IMG/VR virus record: IMGVR_UViG_2806310546_000001 | DNA length: 64,000 nt | Direction: 5' to 3' (one strand) | Source of the DNA: a virus | Taxonomy: Duplodnaviria; Caudoviricetes | Part shown: positions 17,214 to 27,000 of the stretch, piece by piece | Numbering within the stretch: the stretch's first letter is position 1 | Layout: each line of letters begins with the position of its first letter | The notes under the pieces: model-generated | Told to the model about the DNA's origin: nothing | What the model saw: only the letters and a program-made list of their open reading frames with translations | The model's database searches: none | Position numbers and translations under genes: made by a program

Positions 17214-18536
17214 TTATGCCGCCGCGACGGAGAACCCGTCCCACCGGTTCGTGGTGTTCGTCGCGGTGTTGCGGAATCCGCATTTCGTGAGCGCGCCGTA
17301 CTTGGTCTGGTCCCCGGCCGACAGAGTGTGCGTCAGCCGCAGCACTCCGTTGATGTAGACCAGGATCAGGTTGCCGCGGGCGACGACCCGCACCACGTAG
17401 TCCTGCCCGTTGGTGAAGGTGAACGGCGTGCTGGTCAGGGTGGAGGTGGCGCCGCCGTCGGTCTTGTAGAGGGCAATCGCGGCCCCGCCAGCGTCGAGGA
17501 ACACGCCCAGCCGGTTCGAGTCGTCGGAGGCCCGGAACAGCAGCCCTGCGGTGCCGTTGTAGGTGATGACGCAGGTGGCGTCGAGGTCGGCCAGTCCGGT
17601 CTCGACGAACACGTTTCCCGACGCACCCGACACCGGCGCTGCCTTCTTCCCGGTGATACCCCACGTGCTGGAGGTGGTCCAGGTAGCGGCGCCGGCCTCG
17701 GTGGCACCCATGGTGGTGGTGCTGTCGGGGCGGTTGAACGAGTCGCTGACCTGCGGGCGCGGGTGCGCTGCACCAGGCAGCCCGAGCGCGGTCATCATGG
17801 TGTCGGCCATGAACGCGTGCCCGGCTTCCTCCATGTGCACCAGGTCGGACGCGAACAGGTCCAGCGGGTCCGCGGCGGGAGTACCGGCGGCGCGCATGGT
17901 CCGGGACAGGTCGATGAACGCGACGTTGTCGGGGTCGGCGGCGGCGAGCTCGTAGAGCGCCTGTCCGTACAGGTCCCACGGGTTCGCCGGTGAGGCGACG
18001 TCGCCCCGGTTGTAGGAGTGGACCAGCACGTGCACGCACGGCCCCGTGATCAGTCCCTTGAGTGAGGTGATCTGGGCCGCGACGTTCGCCTTGTACGTAC
18101 CGAGCGCCATCCCGTTGGCGTAGTCGTTGGACCCGATCATGTGAATGACGGCGCGCGGGTTCAGCGACCCGATCCGTTCCCGCGCAGTCTGGCCGAGGTA
18201 GGTCGATGAGTCCGTCCCGGAGGCGCCCGCGTTGTAGCCGTGCACCCCGGGCGCCGGGGATGGGGCGGCGTACGCCTCGTTCACGGTGAGCACGGCGGGC
18301 TCGGCGAGGATTCCGGACTGGTAGCCGGCCTGGAGGCGGGCGGCGAGCTGGTTGACGTAGCGGGCGCCGGGGTTCGTGATCAGGTAGCCCTCGGTGGTGG
18401 AGGAGCCGACGAACACGACTCGGCAGGGTGTCACGCGGCGGGCGGCGAGCCCGGCGCGGAGCTTCCCCAACGCGGTGTTGTTCGCGGACAGGAACGCCTG
18501 CCCGCCGAACCCGTTCAGGTAGTAGGGCGTCCACAT
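17214..18536 (-). CDS. SGNH/GDSL esterase with C-terminal beta-sandwich domain
   Basis: VFVGSSTTEG, NAGASG, IGSNDY and DLVH blocks; ATG at 18536 overlaps the upstream TGA. Confidence 0.8.
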   Translation of the reverse strand: MWTPYYLNGFGGQAFLSANNTALGKLRAGLAARRVTPCRVVFVGSSTTEGYLITNPGARYVNQLAARLQAGYQSGILAEPAVLTVNEAYAAPSPAPGVHGYNAGASGTDSSTYLGQTARERIGSLNPRAVIHMIGSNDYANGMALGTYKANVAAQITSLKGLITGPCVHVLVHSYNRGDVASPANPWDLYGQALYELAAADPDNVAFIDLSRTMRAAGTPAADPLDLFASDLVHMEEAGHAFMADTMMTALGLPGAAHPRPQVSDSFNRPDSTTTMGATEAGAATWTTSSTWGITGKKAAPVSGASGNVFVETGLADLDATCVITYNGTAGLLFRASDDSNRLGVFLDAGGAAIALYKTDGGATSTLTSTPFTFTNGQDYVVRVVARGNLILVYINGVLRLTHTLSAGDQTKYGALTKCGFRNTATNTTNRWDGFSVAAA

Positions 18537-20791
18537 CAGGCGACCAGCTGCTTCACGTGCTTGAGGCCCTGGCCGTAGGCGCGGACCTTCACCGTCAGGT
18601 TGATGTTCGTGCCGCCGGAGCGGGTGATTCGCAGGACGCACTTCGGATCGGCTTGCCCCGCCGTGACGATCGCGGCGGTCATGTTCCCGCCGGACGCGAC
18701 GTCGGTGCCGATGGTGACCTGCCCGGGATCCTGCCCGTTCGCGTTGGCCTCGATGAGCCGCTTGAACAGGTAGGCGTTCGCGCTGACGCTGTCGACGCCA
18801 CCGGTGATCTCGACCTCGACGAACCCGCGGCCGTACTGGGTGAACCCGATCTCGAACAAGTCGATGGGGGTGGTGGTCGAGTTGATGAACAGGGTGGTCT
18901 CGAACGTGTTGTCCGACAGCGGCGGGTAGCCGGAGTTGTCGAAGAACCACGGGTAGGTCGTCTCCGACGGCCACTTGTTCCGGCCGAAGTCCATCTTGAT
19001 GACGGCCTCGCCGCAGCGGATGCCGTAGTCGTAGACGCTGGTGCCGGAGTTGCCGATCACGGCGCCTTCGCGGACCCGCTTGAGCCGGATCGCGGTGCCC
19101 ACGTCGTTGATCGTGTTCGCTGAGCAGTTGAAGCTGTAGATGAAACTGCTCTGCGCGGTCTCGATGCCGACGGACCCGGGCACGAAGCTGGCCAGCTCGT
19201 TCGCGGTGATCGTGACCTTGTCGATGTTCCCGGCGTTGCCGCTGATGAGGATGCCGTGCTCGGTGAAGTTCTCGATGCTGTTGCCGACGATCGGGAACAC
19301 CGAGGTGCTGGTGAAGTCGGCGATGTCGAGGTGGATGCCCTTGGCCAGGCGGGCGGTGTTCGGCTCCCCGGTCTGCCCGAACGCGTTGATCTTGTTGTTC
19401 TGGAAGCGGACCCCGCCGCCGGACCGCCAGTACACGGCCGTCCCGCCCGGGGTGGTGTCGCGGAACTTCCCGATGTGGTTGCCGTAGATCGCCTGGTCGC
19501 CGTGGTCGTTGCTGCTGTCGTGCGCCAGCAGCAGTCCGTAGTGGGCGAACTCCAGGATCTTGCAATCGGTGATCGTGTAGTACTCGCCTTCGAGGCACTC
19601 GACGTTGTTCCAGAACCCGATGACCATGACCCGGTCCAGGGCGCAGTGGGTGACCGCAGCGAGCCGGATCCCGGCGCCGGCGGTCGCGCGGGAGGTCTGC
19701 CAGGCGGCGTGCTCGACGGCGAGGTCCTGGACGACGGAGCCGACGCCGGACAGGGTCAGTGCCACGCCGGTGGTGGGGGTGAAGTTGATCCGGGATCCGC
19801 CCAGGCCGTACATGGAGCCGTGGCCGACACCGACCAGCTTCACCTGGTTCGCGCACGTCAGCCCGGAGGTGACCCGGTAGGTGCCGGCCGGGAAGAACAC
19901 CTGCCCGCCAGCGGCGGGGACGGCGGCGAAAGCGGCCTGGATCGCGGCTGTGTCGTCGGTGGTGTCGTCGCCTTTCGCGCCGAACGACTTGACGTTCAGC
20001 GAGCCGAGGGAGACCAGGGCGTACTGGCCCGCGCTGACCAGCCGTACCGCATGATCCCGGCCTGTGGCGGCGCCGGTCTGATCAAGGTCGGTCGCGTCGG
20101 CGAGCTTCCCCGTCGGGATGGTCGGCTTCGACGTCACCGACCCCCACGGCACCGTCGGCGCGTCAGCCGTACCACCGAGGATCCGGGATCGACCCTTCAC
20201 GCTCGTCGTGGCGTCCGGGGTCGCGGCGGCGGTCAGTTCGTCGTTGGTGGCGTACTGGGTGAACGGGTCGGACTCTGCCTTCAGCGCGGTGACCGCCGCG
20301 CTGATCCCCGAGGTGGTCTCTGTCTTGGTGAAGTAGTTCGTCAGGTTGACGGTGCCGCCGCCGGACACGTTGGGGGCGTCGGAGAAGTCCTGCAGCGACG
20401 TGAGGTAGACGGCGTCGCGCTGCGTCCCGCCCGAGCCGACGATCGCCTGGGTGACGTTGTCGAACCGCAGCTGGGTGGCCTGGGCGTGGTCGACGGACAC
20501 GAACCACGTCTGGACGACTGTGGCGCCCTTCTTCAGCGTAATCTTGTGCTGCCGGCCGGTGGGGCTCAGGTCGGTGTCGGTGTCTGAGACGACGTCCACC
20601 CACACGTAGCCGTCCGTGATCGACGGGGTTAGCACGTCCGGTTCGGGGAAGATGACCCGACGCGAGGTGTTGTCCTGCAGCCGGGACTGGGAGGACTGGA
20701 CGGTCAACGTGTAGCCAGTGGCGGGGTTGCCGTCGTCGTCTACCATGAACGCCACGAGGCGACAGATCGACCAGTTCGCCGGATATGCCAT
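18536..20791 (-). CDS. tailspike/depolymerase with pectate-lyase-3-like beta-helix
   Basis: LNVKSFGAKGDDTTDDTAAIQAAF...VFFPAGTYRV then parallel beta-helix repeats; start MAYPANW. Confidence 0.8.
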   Translation of the reverse strand: MAYPANWSICRLVAFMVDDDGNPATGYTLTVQSSQSRLQDNTSRRVIFPEPDVLTPSITDGYVWVDVVSDTDTDLSPTGRQHKITLKKGATVVQTWFVSVDHAQATQLRFDNVTQAIVGSGGTQRDAVYLTSLQDFSDAPNVSGGGTVNLTNYFTKTETTSGISAAVTALKAESDPFTQYATNDELTAAATPDATTSVKGRSRILGGTADAPTVPWGSVTSKPTIPTGKLADATDLDQTGAATGRDHAVRLVSAGQYALVSLGSLNVKSFGAKGDDTTDDTAAIQAAFAAVPAAGGQVFFPAGTYRVTSGLTCANQVKLVGVGHGSMYGLGGSRINFTPTTGVALTLSGVGSVVQDLAVEHAAWQTSRATAGAGIRLAAVTHCALDRVMVIGFWNNVECLEGEYYTITDCKILEFAHYGLLLAHDSSNDHGDQAIYGNHIGKFRDTTPGGTAVYWRSGGGVRFQNNKINAFGQTGEPNTARLAKGIHLDIADFTSTSVFPIVGNSIENFTEHGILISGNAGNIDKVTITANELASFVPGSVGIETAQSSFIYSFNCSANTINDVGTAIRLKRVREGAVIGNSGTSVYDYGIRCGEAVIKMDFGRNKWPSETTYPWFFDNSGYPPLSDNTFETTLFINSTTTPIDLFEIGFTQYGRGFVEVEITGGVDSVSANAYLFKRLIEANANGQDPGQVTIGTDVASGGNMTAAIVTAGQADPKCVLRITRSGGTNINLTVKVRAYGQGLKHVKQLVA

Positions 20792-20792
20792 G

Positions 20793-21569
20793 TCAGCTGA
20801 CTCCGATCGCGGGGCGTGCGGTGATCCGGCCCGAGGAGTCACGGGTCATCGCCGGCTGGGTGTAGGTCTTCGTCCCGGAGCTGGCCGCGTAGGTGACCGT
20901 CCAGGCGTTCTCCGCTGAAGGGGTGGTGGTGTCGGCGGCGACGAGCGTGTAGACGCCCGCAGTCCCGTCCGGCCACACCACAGGAGCGGTGGTGGCGGCT
21001 CCGGCGCCGTTGCGGGTGATGGAGCCGGTCGCCATCCGCAGCGGCTCACGGGCCGCGTACTTGGCGAGCTCGTCGGTGAGGACGTACTGCGGGTGCGGGT
21101 CCGGCTGGGCGACGTGCGCGGCGATCGTCGGCGACCCCTGCACCGGCGCAGCGGAGAAGTCCTCGAGCTGCGTCAGCCACAGCGCGGGCATCGCCGACCC
21201 ACCCGACGAGGCGATGGTGCCGTCCACGTTGAAGTTCATGGACGCGGCCGTGGTGTGGTCGACGGTCACCCACCACGACTGGATCTCGGTGGCCCCGTTG
21301 AGGAGAGTCACTTTCGTCTGCCGCTGTGTTCCGCCGGACGTGAAGTCGGTGTCGGTGTCGGAGAGGCGGTCGACGTAGAAGTAGCCGTCGGTCACGTTGG
21401 GGATGACTTCGTCGACTTCGGGGAGGACGAGTCGGTGTGACACCGAGTCCTGCAGCCGGGACGAGGTGGAGATGAAGCGGAGTTTGTAGCCGACGGGGAG
21501 CGGGTCGTTGTCGTCGTCGGTGAGGTAACCGACGACGCGGCAGCGGGACCAGTTGGCAGGCAGAACCAC
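20793..21569 (-). CDS. virion-associated protein sharing its N-terminal domain with the tailspike
   Basis: PANWS.CR.V....DDD..P, SRLQD..S.R...PE.D, DTDTD, L.DFS.AP shared with 18536-20791; HVAQPDPHPQY fibre motif. Confidence 0.7.
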   Translation of the reverse strand: MVLPANWSRCRVVGYLTDDDNDPLPVGYKLRFISTSSRLQDSVSHRLVLPEVDEVIPNVTDGYFYVDRLSDTDTDFTSGGTQRQTKVTLLNGATEIQSWWVTVDHTTAASMNFNVDGTIASSGGSAMPALWLTQLEDFSAAPVQGSPTIAAHVAQPDPHPQYVLTDELAKYAAREPLRMATGSITRNGAGAATTAPVVWPDGTAGVYTLVAADTTTPSAENAWTVTYAASSGTKTYTQPAMTRDSSGRITARPAIGVS

Positions 21570-21572
21570 GGG

Positions 21573-21896
21573 TCAGCCCTTCCTGATGGTGCGTCGGGGA
21601 CGGGCAGGCGTCTCGGGCGGGGTTGGGTCCGCTGGGGGCTCCACGGCCGTCTCAGCCGCCTCAGCGGCCGGTTTCGGGGCCGGTTCGCCGCGGCGGGTCG
21701 ACACCTCGCGCGGGAACTCGGCGCGGGACGGGGCAGCAGCCTTGAACGGCAGCTCTGGGACGGCGCGCTTCAGAAGGCAGCCGCCGTACACCAGCCCCCA
21801 CGCGCCGGCCATGTCGTGGGCGAGATGAGTGGCGCCGGTGTCGTCGACGAACTCCACCGGCCAGATCGGATCCGGCAACGTGCTACCTCCGGGCAT
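21573..21896 (-). CDS. hypothetical protein
   Basis: Co-oriented ORF ending 3 nt before the next start. Confidence 0.45.
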   Translation of the reverse strand: MPGGSTLPDPIWPVEFVDDTGATHLAHDMAGAWGLVYGGCLLKRAVPELPFKAAAPSRAEFPREVSTRRGEPAPKPAAEAAETAVEPPADPTPPETPARPRRTIRKG

Positions 21897-21960
21897 GAGG
21901 AAGCCCCCGCCGGGGATGTGGCGGGGGCTTGAGGAAAAAGCGGGTCAGGAGAGGGCGGGC

Positions 21961-22341
21961 CTAGACCGTGGTGACGGTGGTGCTGGGCTCCGAGGCGGTC
22001 GGGCGGTAGGAAACCTGCACCGGCGGGACCTCCTGCGTCCGGACGAACATCGCCGACACAGCGGCGGCCAGAGTGATCGCCACAACCTGCTGTTCCGGGG
22101 TCCAGCCCAGGCCGAAGGAGATCCCGACCGCGACTGCTGCCTTGACCAGCCCGAGGGCGGCGGCGGAGATGCCGTCCGACCGGAGCACCGCAGCAGTCAC
22201 CAGGCCGAGCACGGCGACGACGCACGCGTTGAGCACGCCCTGCTGGTCGACGGTGAGAGGGAAGACGAACAGCGACAGGACCTGGATGACGGCGGCAGCC
22301 AGGGCAGACCAGAGGGCGGGTTCACGGCCGAACAGCTTCAC
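21961..22341 (-). CDS. holin
   Basis: KLFGREPALW start, four hydrophobic segments, downstream of endolysin. Confidence 0.7.
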   Translation of the reverse strand: MKLFGREPALWSALAAAVIQVLSLFVFPLTVDQQGVLNACVVAVLGLVTAAVLRSDGISAAALGLVKAAVAVGISFGLGWTPEQQVVAITLAAAVSAMFVRTQEVPPVQVSYRPTASEPSTTVTTV

Positions 22342-22629
22342 TGCGGGTTCCTTTCGAGTGGTTCCCGGCAGTCGCCCGCCGGACGAGGTAGGCGAAGACG
22401 TTCCGCCAGAATCGGATGAGGGCACCGGTCATGGCGCCGGCCGCGATCCCGGCGGCGAAGATGGCCAGGACGGTCACGACGAGGGGCAGGGTGATCACGG
22501 GTTACAGCTCCCGGACCCGGGCCTGTTCGGTTCGGCGCTTGTTCACGGCGTCACGGACGGCCAGGACGACAGCGGTGGGGATGAGGCAGGCGCAGAGGGC
22601 GGGAAGCCACAGGGCGGCCGACCAGACCA

Positions 22630-23502
22630 CTACTTGGCCTTGGCTTCCAGTGCGAGAGTCCCGCCGCGAGGGGCGTCGAGCACGATCCCGATCTGCGTGG
22701 TGCCCGACGGGAGCTCGGTCCACCAGCGCTGCGAGTGCCCGTTCGCGAACGACGCCGACACGGGGAAGTTCTTCAGCCCGCCCGTGTCGGACTGGGCGTA
22801 GATGGTGCCGGTGACGTTGGCGCCGTTCCCGACGATCGACACCCAGGAGCGGGCGATGAGCTGGGATGCGCTGCCGGTGGGGACGATGAGCCGGAAGTCG
22901 TTGCGGCCCGCGGCGAGGGGCGTGTTGTCGAGCACTTCGATGTCCTCCGGGATGGCGGGGGCGGAAACAGGCGGAGTGGCGGAGGCGGGGGCCGATCCCC
23001 CGGCGAGTTCGCGGAGCGCGAGAGCGGTCATCGCGTCGGCATCAGCCGGGGAGCCCATGAATTCGTAGTGCATCGCGTCGGCCTTGCCGCGGGTCCCGTT
23101 CGAGCCGTAGTTGCCGCCCCACGCGAAGCCGTAGCGGTTCCACAGCAGCGGCATCCACACGGGCATGTCGGTTCGGCGCGGCCGGACGTAGGGGTTCGAC
23201 TGCCAGTTCAGGTCGACGGCGAGGCCCCACGAGTGGTTCGACGGGCTGTTCGTGCCGGAGATGGCGCGGCAGTTGTAGCCGCCGCAATGCCCGGACTTGA
23301 GCCGGTAGCCGCGCTTCTCGGTGGCGTCCATGAGGAGGTCGACGAGGCGGGCGATGCGCTTGTGGACCGACACCCTGACCCCGGACAGGTCGGCGGATAC
23401 GGTGGCGGTCCCGGCTGCCTTGGCGCCGTTGCAGGACGGCCAGCCGGCGCCCCAGCCTCGCTGTGCCGCGGTCTTGGAGTAGTCGGTGAGGTCGATGGCC
23501 AT
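22630..23502 (-). CDS. endolysin, M15-family peptidase
   Basis: GYNCR...SNHSWGLAVDLNW...WGGNY...DAMHYEF zinc-peptidase motifs; ATG at 23502. Confidence 0.88.
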   Translation of the reverse strand: MAIDLTDYSKTAAQRGWGAGWPSCNGAKAAGTATVSADLSGVRVSVHKRIARLVDLLMDATEKRGYRLKSGHCGGYNCRAISGTNSPSNHSWGLAVDLNWQSNPYVRPRRTDMPVWMPLLWNRYGFAWGGNYGSNGTRGKADAMHYEFMGSPADADAMTALALRELAGGSAPASATPPVSAPAIPEDIEVLDNTPLAAGRNDFRLIVPTGSASQLIARSWVSIVGNGANVTGTIYAQSDTGGLKNFPVSASFANGHSQRWWTELPSGTTQIGIVLDAPRGGTLALEAKAK

Positions 23503-23738
23503 CAGGCGTTCCCGGCGTCGATCGCGGCCTGGTCCCGTTCGGTGGGTTCGGACGCCCACCCGTCGGGGAAGCAGTCGGGCGCGTCGTCGGTGTCGGTGAT
23601 GCGCGGCCAGTGGGGGTCGGTGGCGGGGTCGGTGTGGACGTAGCCGTGGTCGGTCGGCGGCTCGGCGGACTCGGTGGGGGCCGGGTCCTGCTGGTGGTCG
23701 AGTACGCCGTCACCGTCGAAATCTGCGTGCCGGGACAC
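23502..23738 (-). CDS. small acidic protein coupled to endolysin
   Basis: GGGAGG SD before GTG 23738; TGATG overlap with endolysin. Confidence 0.5.
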   Translation of the reverse strand: MSRHADFDGDGVLDHQQDPAPTESAEPPTDHGYVHTDPATDPHWPRITDTDDAPDCFPDGWASEPTERDQAAIDAGNA

Positions 23739-23982
23739 GGGGACCTCCCTGCTGGGGTTGAGAGCGTGACGCCCGCCCATCCCGAACACCGCGAACAAAG
23801 CGTCATGAAGAGGAGTCATCGGGTCCGGGACATCACGGGGGATGACAGTGGGAAGCGGGAGCGTGGGCGGGTCGGTCGAGGCGTCCCACACGATCTGGGA
23901 GCGGGGATGGTCCGGGACCGGGAAACGGCGGATAGGCAACGGCTCGCCCCCGATCCGCGAAGAGAGAGGGCGAGCCGCTGGT

Positions 23983-24528
23983 CTAGTTGTCCGAGGAGAC
24001 GGTGTCCTCGCGGTCCCACTGGTCGGCCCACCACTCCGACTCAGTCATCGGACTGTCAGTGCTGACGTCAGTACTGACACCGGGACGGAGACGGGACAGG
24101 ACGGGTCTGGACGGGGAAGAAGGTTCAGCGGACTCTTCACTGACTGCCTTCGGACACCTCTCCGGTAGACACTCGGTGTGGTCGCCCCGGATGTGCAGGC
24201 GACTCCGCCGCTTCTCGGCTCGCTGCCGTTCCTTGCGGCCCTCGTCGCGCAACGACGGCGGTGGAACGTGCTCCTCGATCTTCGGCAGGGTCACGGCGCC
24301 ATCTGTGCCGACCTCGATCAGCCCGGCTGCTGCGAGCACGCTCATCGCGGTCACGGGGTCGGGGAGATCGGAGCACCGTCGAGCATCAGCCGCGCGGATT
24401 TTGCCGTCGTAGCGGGAGGTCCGGGAGCAGAACTGTACGAGGCACAGGTAGTGCCAGCGGCAGTCGTAGGGGACGTCATCGAAGACGGGTCGGTCGGTCC
24501 AGCCGTCGTCCAGGCGGGTCCAGGTCAT
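23983..24528 (-). CDS. short replication-initiator-like protein
   Basis: MTWTRLDD N-terminus, basic RKERQRAEKRRSR helix, PSRPV low-complexity stretch with DNA palindromes; resembles actinophage initiator N-termini (recognised by eye). Confidence 0.5.
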   Translation of the reverse strand: MTWTRLDDGWTDRPVFDDVPYDCRWHYLCLVQFCSRTSRYDGKIRAADARRCSDLPDPVTAMSVLAAAGLIEVGTDGAVTLPKIEEHVPPPSLRDEGRKERQRAEKRRSRLHIRGDHTECLPERCPKAVSEESAEPSSPSRPVLSRLRPGVSTDVSTDSPMTESEWWADQWDREDTVSSDN

Positions 24529-24677
24529 CGGACCACCCGCCACGTCGGCAGGGCATTCGGGCATGGGCTTGCTAGCCTCGTCATGGCGACTCTCGCTTAG
24601 TCGTCAGGGTCGGGGCGCATGCCGTGAGAAGTCTGCGCCTCGGCCCGTTTTTTCTTGGGGAACGGACCCCTTGATCT

Positions 24678-24762
24678 TACCGCTTATCCGGCTGCCGATC
24701 GAGCCGTCTGGCGCGGTATTCGCGCAGGTGAGCGCACATTGTTGCGGTAGACTTAGAGGATG
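24678..24762. promoter_or_regulatory. divergent promoter element, copy B
   Basis: Leftward -10 TAAGAT, rightward -10 TAGACT 6 nt before ATG 24760; gapless homologue of 14064-14148. Confidence 0.7.
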
Positions 24763-25521
24763 AAGATAGCCGTCGTCGGGGATACGCACGGAAACATGAC
24801 GTGGTTACGAAACGACGTCATCCCGTACGCGCGCGACAGTGGCTGCGACCTTATCTTGCAGGTCGGCGATTTCGGCTTTGTCTGGCCTCAGGGCGCCTAC
24901 GAGAACCAGGTGAGCAAGCTGAACCGTCTCCTAGATGGAGCAGGTCTTCGGCTGCTCTTCCTGCCGGGCAACCACGAGGATCACGCGAAACTTGCGCGGT
25001 TTACTGAGACCGCCAAAGTGAATGACGATGGGCACTATGTGCTCAGGTCACAGATCGCCTACACCGGACGTGTCTCATCGTGGGTCTGGGAAGGTCGCCG
25101 TCTTGCCGCGGTGGGTGGCGCGGTGTCGATTGACCGCGAGTGGCGCGTCCAGCAGCAGCGGAGGAGTCCCCGTCGGACTGCCATCTGGTGGCCCGAGGAG
25201 GTCCTTAGCCCCGAGGAGGTCGACGAAGCCAAAGCGTTTGGGACGGTAGACGTGCTATTCACGCACGACGGCCCGTCGGATTTTCCCGAGGGCGGGCTCA
25301 AGCCCGATCTGGACTCCACCGCCAACAGGCAGCGGATGACTGATATCGGCCGCGCTTTACGACCGCGCATCTGGTTCCACGGGCACTACCACCAACGCGT
25401 CACGTACGGATTCCGTCACGACTACGGGACCTGCGCGGTCCACTGCCTGGACTGCGACTACTCGCCGCGATCCAAGGGAGTCGAGATCCTTGATCTCTCT
25501 ACTGCTAGATCCCAGGTCTAG
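24760..25521 (+). CDS. calcineurin-like metallophosphoesterase
   Basis: GDTHG, GDFG, GNHE, THD and GHYH motifs. Confidence 0.9.
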   Translation: MKIAVVGDTHGNMTWLRNDVIPYARDSGCDLILQVGDFGFVWPQGAYENQVSKLNRLLDGAGLRLLFLPGNHEDHAKLARFTETAKVNDDGHYVLRSQIAYTGRVSSWVWEGRRLAAVGGAVSIDREWRVQQQRRSPRRTAIWWPEEVLSPEEVDEAKAFGTVDVLFTHDGPSDFPEGGLKPDLDSTANRQRMTDIGRALRPRIWFHGHYHQRVTYGFRHDYGTCAVHCLDCDYSPRSKGVEILDLSTARSQV

Positions 25522-25540
25522 CTGGATCCCTCGCTCCCTC

Positions 25541-25600
25541 GCTCCGTCTTCCCGGTCCCGACAGTCTTTTCGGGGAAGCTCCGGGACCGGGAGACGGAGC
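25541..25600. terminator. long GC hairpin between converging genes
   Basis: GCTCCGTC.TCCCGGTCCCG ... CGGGACCGGGAGACGGAGC. Confidence 0.55.
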
Positions 25601-25638
25601 CGTACCTTCACCCCCGCCACGGGAGGGGCACGGCAGAC

Positions 25639-25890
25639 CTAGGCGTAGCGGGCGCCAAGGGTCATCGCGCGAGCGACGGCCCGCTGAGCCTCACCGACCG
25701 CCTCGGTACTGGATATCTGCACAGAGATGTTTCCGACCGTCACCGTGTTGGGGTTCTCCCGGAACGCAGCCGTCGCGGCGCGGGAAGCCACGTAGGCGGA
25801 GACGCTCAGCCCCTCACGTGCAGCGGCCTCAGCGATCCGCGCATAGTCGTCCTCGCTCACTCGGGAGCAGAGGATCCGGTTGCGGCGCAT
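25639..25890 (-). CDS. ribbon-helix-helix DNA-binding protein
   Basis: RVSEDDYARIAEAAAREGLSVSAYV. Confidence 0.65.
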   Translation of the reverse strand: MRRNRILCSRVSEDDYARIAEAAAREGLSVSAYVASRAATAAFRENPNTVTVGNISVQISSTEAVGEAQRAVARAMTLGARYA

Positions 25891-27000
25891 CAGGCTGCGT
25901 CGTCGGGCTGGGTCTCCACCGGCTGCGCGGGGTCGGCGACCGGCTCCACCGGGGCCGGGTCCGACGGGACCTCGGGCAGCGGGTCCGGGGTCGACACCTC
26001 ATCGGTCTGATCGAACTGGCCCACCACACCGTCGTAGGCGTCCTTCACCGCGACAGCCGCAGCGGACTCGGCGACATCCTCGCCCTTCAGCGACGCGTTC
26101 TCCGACCGCAGCGACGAGTTCTCCGCGAGAAGATCCGAGATCTTCGGGCCGAGAGTGTCCCGCAGGCCAGCCGCAACATCGTTCAGAACCTGGCTCGAAT
26201 CGGCCATGACTTGCTCCATCTTCATCTGTCGATTACGAATCGCGACGACCACCTCGTGGGTCGCCCACGTCTTGGCTTGCACGTCGCTGAGGACACGGCG
26301 GGGCAGGAACAGTCGGTCGAGCCAGCTCATCGGCGCGCCTTCCTCAAACGGTCACGGTGCGCCTCGGTCAGCGCCGGAAGGTCCAGCCGGCGGATGAGAC
26401 TCCCCCGCTGCCTCGGGACCGGCAGAGCCCTCGGCCGGGTCGACGACGCGAACGGCCCGAGTGCGGCGAGGTTCCGCCACATGTGCGCGTCCGACTCCGC
26501 GAGAGCGACCCGCTGGGACGGCGTCAGAGCCGCCTTGTCCCGACGGTCCAGCGGCACATACCTGGGGCACACCCACCTGCCGTGTTCACCGCAGTCCTCG
26601 CCACGGCGGTGGTGCTGGTGCGCATCCCAACCGCACCCACAGACACAACGCGCACGGATCACGGCGCCTCCTGACAGTCGTAGAACGAGACGCTCGAACA
26701 GGCGGCGCAAACGGTTCAGGGCGAGCCCGGGATCGGGGCGGTCATCACGCGGTCCACCAGCCGAGCCATCCGGCTCCCCCGTTCCAGCCGGTAACCCACC
26801 TCGGCGTAGAACACGAGCTCGTCGTGCAAGTACTCGCCCACCACGTCCGGGAACACCGTCTTCGCCCTCGTCGCTGCGGCCCGGATCCGCATCGCGTCGT
26901 GGTAGGCCAGAACCGTCGGCGGGTCCTGCGCGGCCGTCACAGGCTGCGGAGGGAGCGGGCCCATAGACGGCGGGGAGAAGTGCGTGGCGTACGAAGACAT
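25890..27000 (-). CDS. three hypothetical ORFs (25890-26330, 26327-26662, 26716-27000)
   Basis: Co-oriented, with overlapping start/stop junctions. Confidence 0.5.

Noticed and set aside
17214-19856. 880-aa ORF in the track
   Set aside because: Its N-terminal half is an alternative frame of the tailspike; the real gene starts at ATG 18536
24040-24146. Possible inversion of the repeat segment in the rep-like gene (CAGTCA/TGACTG flanks)
   Set aside because: Only a 6-bp inverted repeat, re-inversion gives no obviously better frame, and no invertase is visible
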